Source: Fibrobacter succinogenes subsp. succinogenes S85 (GTDB lineage Bacteria; Fibrobacterota; Fibrobacteria; Fibrobacterales; Fibrobacteraceae). From it: a DNA stretch of 32,000 nt. Where the stretch lies: assembly GCF_000146505.1 (NCBI RefSeq), contig NC_017448.1:1980001-2012000 (forward strand), read 5' to 3'. A program made the position numbers and the translations under genes. The notes under the pieces are model-generated. The model saw only the letters and a list, made by a program, of their open reading frames with translations, was not told where the DNA came from and did no database searches. This document shows, in pieces, positions 1 through 7,415 of this stretch (positions are counted from its first letter, which is position 1; every line of letters starts with the position of its first letter).

Positions 1-1419
1 TCAATCTTGTATGCCGGAGAGTGGTCGAGGTGACGGCCCGTACCCGGGTGTTCCTGCTGACCGGTCATAGCGGTAATGCTGTTGTCGAGAATGACGACGA
101 CGTGGCCAGTTTCCGGACGGTTATAACCCGCTTCCACAAGGCCGGTGATGCCACTGTGAACAAACGTAGAGTCGCCAATCACGGAGACAACGCGCTTTGC
201 CTGTTCGCGCGGGAGCACGTTACGGAGACCGATACCCATACCGATTGCGGCACCCATGTCAATCATGTAGTCCATGGCGCTGATGGGCGGGAGAGCGGCC
301 AGCGTGTAGCAGCCGATGTCACCGGAAACGATGCAGTCGAGTTCCTTGAGAACTGCGAAGGAACTGCGGTGCGGGCAGCCCGGGCAGAGCATAGGCGGCT
401 TACCCTTGACCGGAACCGGATCCGGGTTCTTGTCGCCAGCGATAATGCGGCGGACGCGGTTCACGTCGAGTTCACCAAAGCGGAAAATCGGGTCAAACTT
501 GCTTTCGCACTGGATGCCAGCGGCCTTGATGTTTTCAGCAAGCCACGGGTCGTTTTCTTCGATGACCATGAGGCGCTTGCCTTCGAACTTCTTCGCGAAA
601 TCCTTGATGAGCTGCATCGGCAGCGGGTAGGTCATACCGAGCTTGAGGATGCTTGCTTCCGGGGCGGCTTCGCGAACGTGGTGGTAGCTGATGCCGCTCA
701 CGATGATACCGAAATCAGCGCTACGCATTTCGACCTTGTTCGGGCCTTCAGCAACGTTCCATGCTTCCATTTCGTCCATCTTGGCGCGGAGGCGACGGCC
801 AGCCGGCTTCGAGAATCCCGGCACCATCACATGCTGTGCGATGTTGCGTTCAAAGTTCGGCACCATTGCCGGGAGTTCTTCCTTCGGCACGACGATGGAC
901 TTGGAATGGTCCACGCGGGTGGTCATGCGGAGGATGACAGGAATCTTGAACTTTTCACTCGTCTGCATGGCGATGCGGAAGAAGTCGTAGGCTTCCTGGG
1001 AGTTGGACGGTTCGAACATCGGGCAAACGGATGCCTTGGCGTGGTTACGCGTATCCTGTTCGTTCTGGGAGCTGCCCTGACCCGGGTCATCGGCAACAAT
1101 CCACACCATGCCGCCATCAACACCCGTGTAAGTTGCAGTATAAAGAACATCACTTGCCACATTCAAGCCAACCATCTTCATGGTGACAACACTGCGGGCG
1201 TGTCCAAAAGCGGCACCGAGAGCGACTTCGGCAGCGACCTTTTCGTTCGGAGCCCACTGGGCATAGCCACCCAGTTCAGAGTAATCTTCCAAGATTTCGG
1301 TGGAAGGAGTTCCCCGGATAACCTGCGGCAAGCTGCACATTGCAATGACGCATGGAAAGGGAAATGGCTTCGTTGCCCGAAATCAGCATCTTTTTCGCAT
1401 TTGGATCAAAAGCTGGCAT
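1..1419 (-). CDS. iorA: indolepyruvate:ferredoxin oxidoreductase alpha subunit (IorA-like, 2-oxoacid:ferredoxin oxidoreductase family). The 3' end runs off the window, and the frame is interrupted by an apparent 1-nt insertion near 1310-1315.
   Basis: Minus-strand translation from the ATG at 1419 gives MPAFDPNAKKMLISGNEAISLSMRHCNVQLAAGYPG. After a 1-nt frame change at the TT/CCCC run (1310-1315) it continues TPSTEILEDYSELGGYAQWAPNEKVAAEVALGAAF...PMLCPGCPHRSSF...GDIGCYTL...VIGDSTFVHSG...ILDNSITAMTGQQEHPGTG to position 3. The GNEA..YPGTPSTE N-terminus and the TPP-binding GDS..H and DN..TAMTG motifs are typical of IorA/PFOR-type enzymes. The listed + ORF 21..1421 is its antisense shadow. Confidence 0.8.
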
Positions 1420-1654
1420 GATATTCCTTTTTTGTTTTAATCGTTTTTTAAACGAACTGCAATATAGAAAAAAGGATTGCGCGGGATCCTCGCCGATCCT
1501 TGCAACAACACGTTTGGACTACATTTTCGTATTTATCAGTCGTAATCCAACACATCGATGTACTATCTAGCAGCCATTAAACAAAAAATCTACAAATCAA
1601 CACACTCAGCAAAATTGGTCTCGACCACTTCCTTTTTTGCTATATTACAACCAA

Positions 1655-2146
1655 ATGAATAATGAAAGAAAAACATTCTACACCTTTGCTGTTTTTGCAG
1701 CACTATTCCTCAACGGATGCGCATCTATCTTTTTCTCGACTTTGAATCTACAACATGTCACTGTCGTGGCTGATGACGATGACGCATACGACTTTTATGT
1801 AAATGGAATCCTTAAATGCGAAAATACGAACGAGTGTGACTTTTACCGTTCCACGATTTCGCGATGCCAGTTGACCATTGAAGCAAAAATTGACGAAGTA
1901 GTCTTGGGCACGGAAAAATATGGCTACTGGAAAGAATATTCCTTCATCGAGCAGATGTTTCGAAACAAGGATGATGACGAAAAGGAGAAGAAGTGCCCCG
2001 AGGGCCTCTTCAGCGGGGCTCAAGCGGTTGTGAAAATCAATCAAGAAACAAAGAAACGCGAGAGTGCCGCCAGGGAAAGGGCATGGCTTAAAAATTCTGA
2101 TACACAGTGGGAGGCATCCCCTCACCGTTCAAATTTTGCAAAATAG
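1655..2146 (+). CDS. hypothetical lipoprotein
   Basis: Taking the ATG at 1655 gives MNNERKTFYTFAVFAALFLNGC, a signal peptide with a lipobox-like LNGC. I recognise no catalytic motif. It lies 45 nt upstream of the flavodiiron gene on the same strand. Confidence 0.55.
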   Translation: MNNERKTFYTFAVFAALFLNGCASIFFSTLNLQHVTVVADDDDAYDFYVNGILKCENTNECDFYRSTISRCQLTIEAKIDEVVLGTEKYGYWKEYSFIEQMFRNKDDDEKEKKCPEGLFSGAQAVVKINQETKKRESAARERAWLKNSDTQWEASPHRSNFAK

Positions 2147-2191
2147 GGTCTAATAAAATACTATTATTCCTACAAACCTTTGGAGGTAATC

Positions 2192-3367
2192 ATGAACGTT
2201 TTAAATTTTAGTGATAGCATCAAGTTTGTCGGTGTGGATGATCGCGAGATTGATCTTTTTGAAGGGCAGTATAAAGTTCCCGATGGAATTTCTTACAATT
2301 CTTTTGTGATTTTTGATGAAAAGATTGCTGTGACGGACTCGGTCGATGCACACAAAGTATCGGAATGGTTGCAGAATATCGAAAACGCATTGCAGGGCAA
2401 AACGCCCGACTACTTGATTGTCCACCATTTGGAACCCGACCACGCCGGAGGCTTTCTCGAATTTATCAAGAAGTACCCGGACGCAACCATCGCCGCATCT
2501 GCAAAGGCACTTGCGTTCATTCCGCAGTTCGTCAAGCTCCCCGAGGGCACAAAGACGCTCACGCTCAAGGATGGTGACACGCTTTCGCTCGGCAAACACA
2601 CGCTAAAGTTTATCGCGGCCCCGATGGTCCATTGGCCTGAAGTCTTGCTCAGCTATGACGAATCCGAAAAGATTCTGTTCTCCGCCGATGCGTTCGGCAC
2701 ATTCGGACTTTCTGGCAAGCTCGGCGAAGACTGGGTGAGCGAAGCAAGACGTTACTATATCAACATCGTCGGGAAATACGGCATGCAGGTGCAGGGCGTG
2801 TTGAAGAAGCTCGCGGGCATCGAAGTCAAGACGATTTGTCCGTTGCACGGTCCGGTTATTACAGACAATTTAAACTTCTACATTGACAAGTACAACACCT
2901 GGAGCAGCTATGCGCCTGAAACACAAGGCGTATTTGTCGCTTACGCAGGCGTTTACGGCCACACGGCAGAAGCCGCGAAAAAGCTCGCCGAATCGCTCCG
3001 TAAAAAAGGCGTTGACGTGACGATTATGGACTTGGCACGCACGTACTCTTCGGAGACGGTCGCACAGGCATTCCGCTATAGCCATCTCGCCGTATGCGCG
3101 ACAACGCTTGATGCCGGGCTCTTCCCCGCTGCCGAAAAGTTCCTCACGCACATCAAGGCGAAAAACTACAGCAACCGCAAAGTGGGCATTGTCGAAAACG
3201 GCACGTGGGCTCCGATGGCAGCCAAGAAAATGCACGAGATTCTTGACACGCTCAAGAACGTGACATTCTGCGAAACAACGGTCACACTCAAGTCCGCCCT
3301 CGACGAGACTTCTGCCGCAAAACTCGAAGAACTCGCTATAGAATTCGCGAAGGATTTGGGGAAATAG
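2192..3367 (+). CDS. fprA: flavodiiron protein (FprA-family A-type flavoprotein; metallo-beta-lactamase-like domain plus flavodoxin domain)
   Basis: HHLEPDHAGG carries the H-x-E-x-D-H diiron ligand motif. The C-terminal flavodoxin-like segment is GVFVAYAGVYGHTAEAAKKLAESLRKKG. At 391 aa from this start, the length is typical. GGAGG at 2182-2186 sits 5 nt before the ATG at 2192, so the TTG at 2180 in the ORF track is less likely. Confidence 0.85.
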   Translation: MNVLNFSDSIKFVGVDDREIDLFEGQYKVPDGISYNSFVIFDEKIAVTDSVDAHKVSEWLQNIENALQGKTPDYLIVHHLEPDHAGGFLEFIKKYPDATIAASAKALAFIPQFVKLPEGTKTLTLKDGDTLSLGKHTLKFIAAPMVHWPEVLLSYDESEKILFSADAFGTFGLSGKLGEDWVSEARRYYINIVGKYGMQVQGVLKKLAGIEVKTICPLHGPVITDNLNFYIDKYNTWSSYAPETQGVFVAYAGVYGHTAEAAKKLAESLRKKGVDVTIMDLARTYSSETVAQAFRYSHLAVCATTLDAGLFPAAEKFLTHIKAKNYSNRKVGIVENGTWAPMAAKKMHEILDTLKNVTFCETTVTLKSALDETSAAKLEELAIEFAKDLGK

Positions 3368-3399
3368 AACTTAGTTGGCAAAACTTAGAGCTTAGAAAA
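3365..3399 (+). repeat. TAG-heptad element, copy A (TAGAACT TAGTTGG CAAAACT TAGAGCT TAGAAAA). The first TAG is the fprA stop codon.
   Basis: TAG triplets at 3365, 3372, 3386 and 3393 are all in 7-nt register. The stretch 3372-3397 matches 9006-9031 at 25 of 26 positions. Confidence 0.75.
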
Positions 3400-3400
3400 A

Positions 3401-3422
3401 AGTCGGCCTCCGCCGACTTTTT
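3401..3422 (+). terminator. rho-independent terminator of fprA
   Basis: Stem AGTCGGC (3401-3407), loop CTCC, stem GCCGACT (3412-3418), followed by a T-run, with an A-run upstream. Confidence 0.8.
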
Positions 3423-3546
3423 CGTTTAGAGTTAGCCATTTTTTGCAAATTCAAGCATTAGTTTGACTTTTATCAACAAAATATTACGCCAACATTTGTT
3501 TTAAAAGTGAAATTTTATATTTTTCTCCAAAAGGAGATTTTATTTT

Positions 3547-5319
3547 ATGTGGATATCTAAAAAGTTATTCGCACTTGCAGTTGGAACTTGTTCACTTTTC
3601 GCAGCATGCGGCCAAGATTCCAATCCCAGCAATTTTTCATCGGGGAGCGACACACCCAACACCCCAAAGTTTGAAGCATTCAGCTGCCAGGAAGTTTCTG
3701 ACCCCAGCGTTTCGGCAGAACTGGAAAAAGCAAAGGCGAATATCGCAGACATCCTAAAAGATATCGGCAAAGGCAATTTCAAGAGCGCACAGGTCGTTAG
3801 CGCACAGACTAAAAGTTCATTCAAGAGTGTCCTTGACAAATACCCGGGCAACTGCGAAGCCCAGCTCGGCTACGCCTTGAGCATCATCACCGACCTCGTC
3901 AACAATAAGGATATCAAGTCGTTCATCGACACCGTCCAGAACAAAATTGACCTGGACGATATGGGTGTAAGGGATTTCAACCAGCTTCTCATTACAAGTG
4001 ACGGAAAGTTGCTCACCAGCTTTGCCCAGGAAGCCATGGCTCAGGCAATCCCGTCCATGGACTCGGCAATCATCTACATGAAGAACATTGTCGGCGATGA
4101 CAAGTTTACTTGCAACTACACTTACAAAGACAAGACTTACGAGCTGGACCGCGGTGAATTCGCACCGGCACTCGCCGCCATGTTCGTGACCAAGGCAATC
4201 CTCACATTCGGCGCAAGCATCAACATTGATTTTTCAACCGACAACAAGTACGACTGGGTCAACGACAACCGATTCACCGCCCACGAAATCACCGAATCCG
4301 GAGCACGTACAATCATTTCGCTGATGAGCAAGGAAAGTGCCTTCTCCAGAGTCTACAGCAACTGGACCTCCCGCTATACCGACATCCCGAACTTACTTGA
4401 TACCGCCATCGCATTTGTAGAAGTCGGCCTGCAATACGGCATTGACGAAGCCAAGACGGGACGCACCACACAGAAAAACGACCCCTACATTGTTGGCGAC
4501 GATGAAATGTCCGACGTAAGCGTTCGCGATTTCAAGAAGGCCATTGACTCATTGGAACACTACCGCGAATCTTTGCACACCGGTGTTACCATCACACTCC
4601 CGCACGGCACCAAGCTCGTCGTGAACCTCGCCAAGTTCTTCCAGATTACAGATGGATATCAGCAATACCTCCCCTACCACAAATTCAACGACGCCTCGAT
4701 CTGGAACATCCCGGTTGAAGGTTTTGAATGGTCCACAGATTTCGGATATCACGGAGTTACTTACGCCGAAAACGATCTTATTGATGCGGTAAGATACCAA
4801 GTCGAAAAAGCAATCAAGTTCGATTATTTCCACGCCCACGCAAACCAGGACTATCGCAATCCAGAAAAACATTACTTCTGCCTCAACTACGAAATTGGCG
4901 ATGAACGATTTGACAAATGCTACGACTTGCTGTTCAACAACTGCGAAGTATCCTTCTCTCCGATTTCCAGCAACTACTACAATGACGATATCGTAACATT
5001 CGTCCCAAGTCCTGTCAAGCTGAACTCTTCCGTGTGCAAGGTTGAAAACGGCATCCACCTCTTTGCTAACGCTTACCTCGACGACGTTCCGAATGCATTC
5101 TACTTCACCGACGCTTCGGGCAACAAGACGATTTCGTACCAGAAGCTCGCTAACGGAAAACTGACCGCCGACGGCAAGGAATACAAGGACTACACGTTTG
5201 ACGATATGCAGAACTACATCTTCTTCCCGGATGTTACATTCGGTGGAGCATTCCCAGGCATGACAGCAGACGCATTCTGGAAACTCCTCAAGACGGAATT
5301 CCGCGATAACGAAGATTAA
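3547..5319 (+). CDS. large hypothetical lipoprotein (590 aa)
   Basis: MWISKKLFALAVGTCSLFAACGQ is a signal peptide with a lipobox Cys. AGGAG lies about 10 nt upstream of the ATG. I recognise no catalytic motif. The N-terminal third looks helical and the C-terminal part is rich in Cys and aromatic residues. Confidence 0.7.
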   Translation: MWISKKLFALAVGTCSLFAACGQDSNPSNFSSGSDTPNTPKFEAFSCQEVSDPSVSAELEKAKANIADILKDIGKGNFKSAQVVSAQTKSSFKSVLDKYPGNCEAQLGYALSIITDLVNNKDIKSFIDTVQNKIDLDDMGVRDFNQLLITSDGKLLTSFAQEAMAQAIPSMDSAIIYMKNIVGDDKFTCNYTYKDKTYELDRGEFAPALAAMFVTKAILTFGASINIDFSTDNKYDWVNDNRFTAHEITESGARTIISLMSKESAFSRVYSNWTSRYTDIPNLLDTAIAFVEVGLQYGIDEAKTGRTTQKNDPYIVGDDEMSDVSVRDFKKAIDSLEHYRESLHTGVTITLPHGTKLVVNLAKFFQITDGYQQYLPYHKFNDASIWNIPVEGFEWSTDFGYHGVTYAENDLIDAVRYQVEKAIKFDYFHAHANQDYRNPEKHYFCLNYEIGDERFDKCYDLLFNNCEVSFSPISSNYYNDDIVTFVPSPVKLNSSVCKVENGIHLFANAYLDDVPNAFYFTDASGNKTISYQKLANGKLTADGKEYKDYTFDDMQNYIFFPDVTFGGAFPGMTADAFWKLLKTEFRDNED

Positions 5320-5324
5320 GATTA

Positions 5325-6767
5325 GTGGCTAACACTAGAAGAACTATACTTGCACTTGGGCTTGTCGCGATTCAGGCCCTAGCGGCAAGAAACGTCGGGC
5401 TCGCCGATTGCGGCGGGCTTTTTTTGCTACACCAAAAAGACAAGCATTTTGCGGCAAAAGGGTGCAGCATCAGGGACACGTTCAGCATCAAAAACTTTGA
5501 TGTTTATGGTTCCATACAACATATAGAAATCCACTCCCGGTACACCGAAAACAACTGGCACCTCAAAACTGCAAGCAAACAGACCATCGCAAATGCGGGA
5601 TTTGAAAGCCATTTTAAAAACTATTCCCTGGGCCTAGATGTAAGCACCCTGCCGATGGTCATGCCCAAAGCATCGTTCCATCGTGACGATTCCCTGTTCA
5701 CCGCAAAAGCCCGCTTTGCATTCGGCTCCGTAGATTTAGGCACAATCAGTTGGGTTCCCATAAAACAGACAGAGTTGATAAGCACCATTCCTGTGGATTG
5801 GGAATCGCACTTTGTCTATAGTGAACTTTCGGCGGGTTCCAAAATAAAGAACCATTACATTAATTTATCCCTAAACCACATTCGGACACTCCCACGCAAT
5901 CCGGACAAGGAATACTACCTGAGAGATTCCGCAAGCGTCCTCGTTTTAAACGGCGAATACGGATACGCCTTCAGCAATTCACGCCTTGATGCGGGCTACA
6001 CCTACATAGGCGCCGACATGACGGTTTACGGGATTTACCACGAAGAAACAAGCCGCAAGCGTTTCATGTACCTTCCGATAGAAGCAAGCGTCCACATGAG
6101 CTACGCCAGATGGCAATGGGAAAATTTGTGGACACATTTGGAGCTCATGCATATTTCAGGGAAAGTATTTTCGAACCAGGAACGATTTTACGAAACTCTC
6201 GCCCTTAACCGGGCTCTCCCCGGCTCTGTCCTCAAGGGACTCTCGTTCTCGTTTTTGCAGAGGACATTCCGTGCCAACGCAGAACTGGACGCATCCGCAA
6301 TCGTAAGCGGAGCCTCTTACTACTGGAAAAAAGGCAAGCGCTACATCTTTAAGCCAAGCGTTGAACTGGACTTTTTCGGGGCTAGCGGAGAAGTGAACAT
6401 ACAGAAGGAAATTGAAACGGTCATCCTGACAACCCACCAGATTACAAACGAAAAAACGTTACGTAAGGTAAGTGGCATCGGAAGCATTCTCTCCCTCGGC
6501 ATTGAGCTGCAAAAAGAAGGACCGGTCAGCGTTTCACTCCAGTACGGAATTTCACAAATCATTCCATTTTACGTGGACTACAAAGACTACCTCGCCGATT
6601 CCGATGGCGACAGCAACTCCAAACCTTCAGGGGGCATCATAGGCTCTATCGTGAACCCGAACGAACAAGTCGCAAAGGACAAGAGCGGTTCACTGGAACG
6701 CAGCGCTTCGGCATTGCTGTTCCGTAATGGTTTTGCAACGCACCTGGGAATTGCGGTAAAGTTCTAA
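5325..6767 (+). CDS. putative outer-membrane beta-barrel protein
   Basis: The GTG start sits 5 nt after the preceding stop. The signal peptide is MANTRRTILALGLVAIQALA. Alternating hydrophobic strands run throughout, and the C-terminus ...HLGIAVKF ends in the aromatic residue typical of BAM substrates. The start codon is uncertain. Confidence 0.55.
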   Translation: MANTRRTILALGLVAIQALAARNVGLADCGGLFLLHQKDKHFAAKGCSIRDTFSIKNFDVYGSIQHIEIHSRYTENNWHLKTASKQTIANAGFESHFKNYSLGLDVSTLPMVMPKASFHRDDSLFTAKARFAFGSVDLGTISWVPIKQTELISTIPVDWESHFVYSELSAGSKIKNHYINLSLNHIRTLPRNPDKEYYLRDSASVLVLNGEYGYAFSNSRLDAGYTYIGADMTVYGIYHEETSRKRFMYLPIEASVHMSYARWQWENLWTHLELMHISGKVFSNQERFYETLALNRALPGSVLKGLSFSFLQRTFRANAELDASAIVSGASYYWKKGKRYIFKPSVELDFFGASGEVNIQKEIETVILTTHQITNEKTLRKVSGIGSILSLGIELQKEGPVSVSLQYGISQIIPFYVDYKDYLADSDGDSNSKPSGGIIGSIVNPNEQVAKDKSGSLERSASALLFRNGFATHLGIAVKF

Positions 6768-6770
6768 TAC

Positions 6771-6794
6771 AAAAAATACCCGCTCAACGGCGGG
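6771..6794 (-). terminator. probable intrinsic terminator for the minus-strand gene 6830..7177
   Basis: CCCGC (6779-6783) pairs with GCGGG (6790-6794) across a 6-nt loop. On the minus strand it is followed by TATTTTTT. The stem is short, so confidence is moderate. Confidence 0.5.
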
Positions 6795-6829
6795 CATCAC
6801 TAGATAATAACGGGGTACCGCTTCGCCAG

Positions 6830-7177
6830 TTATTTCTTGCTGGCTAGTTCCTCTTCGAGTTTCTTGTTGCGGCTGTCCTGCATTTCGCAGATATTCTTGA
6901 GGTTGTTGATTTCTGCGTTCTGCTTGGCCACCTGGTCCTTGAGATCTTCGCACTTGGCAGCGTAGGTCTGTTCGGATTCAATGCGGCTGTTCAGTTCCTT
7001 GCGGAGGCTATCCACGGAATTGCGGAGCTTTTCGACGGCATCGTCGGCATCCTTGATGACCGGATTGTCGCAGACTCCGTCTTCATCGCAAGAGCAGCAC
7101 TTAAAAAATTTCTTCGTCACGGCAACAGTCGCTGCGGCACCGAGAATGGCACCGACTAAAAAGCTATTCGTCTTCAT
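6830..7177 (-). CDS. small membrane-anchored coiled-coil protein with a juxtamembrane Cys cluster
   Basis: The ATG at 7177 has AAGGAG 7 nt upstream. The N-terminal TM segment is FLVGAILGAAATVAV, followed by KCCSCDEDGVCDN and then a heptad-like charged region (EKLRNSVDSLRKELNSRIESEQ...LEEELASKK). Confidence 0.6.
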   Translation of the reverse strand: MKTNSFLVGAILGAAATVAVTKKFFKCCSCDEDGVCDNPVIKDADDAVEKLRNSVDSLRKELNSRIESEQTYAAKCEDLKDQVAKQNAEINNLKNICEMQDSRNKKLEEELASKK

Positions 7178-7226
7178 GGTCAAACTCCTTGTAATTAAAT
7201 CCTCCTAATAATATCCATTAAAAAAA

Positions 7227-7347
7227 CGGGAAAGTCAAGATTTTTTTAGAAAAAAGGAGATTCCCGCTCGTCCCCGTCAAGCGAGGACAGGTAGGCGGGA
7301 ATAACAGACGAGAAAAAAGCGGGAATGACTAGCGAGCAAGCCGGGAT
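7227..7347. repeat. cluster of CGGGA(A/T) motifs (4 direct, 1 inverted) in a divergent promoter region
   Basis: CGGGAAA at 7227, inverted ATTCCCG at 7260-7266, CGGGAAT at 7296 and 7320, and CGGGAT at 7342. The last three are spaced 24 and 22 nt apart, and two are followed by (A/G)CGAG. The cluster ends 16 nt upstream of the putative -35. Confidence 0.6.
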
Positions 7348-7362
7348 GCCAAAAACAAAAAC

Positions 7363-7391
7363 TTGCAAAATCAGTACAAAAATCTTATATT
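7363..7391 (+). promoter_or_regulatory. sigma70-like promoter for the GGDEF gene
   Basis: TTGCAA (7363-7368), a 17-nt spacer, then TATATT (7386-7391), 24 nt before the ATG at 7416. Confidence 0.4.
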
Positions 7392-7415
7392 AATTTAAAA
7401 TACTTCAAGGTGTAT

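Noticed and set aside
21-1421. A long 466-aa ORF on the plus strand.
   Set aside because: Its translation is low-complexity and family-less (rich in Arg, Val, Asp and His). It lies exactly antisense to a strongly recognisable IorA reading frame, so it is a shadow ORF.
1476-1507. AAGGAT...ATCCTT inverted repeat with an internal GGATCC, in the intergenic region between iorA and the lipoprotein gene.
   Set aside because: The arms are only 6 bp with an 18-nt loop and nothing supports a function. It is too weak to call as an operator or RNA structure.
3503-3517. A shared AAAGTGAAA(A)TTTT string here and at 27495-27510, both close to gene starts.
   Set aside because: The match is short and AT-rich, and it sits in opposite orientation relative to the two downstream genes, so it could easily be chance.
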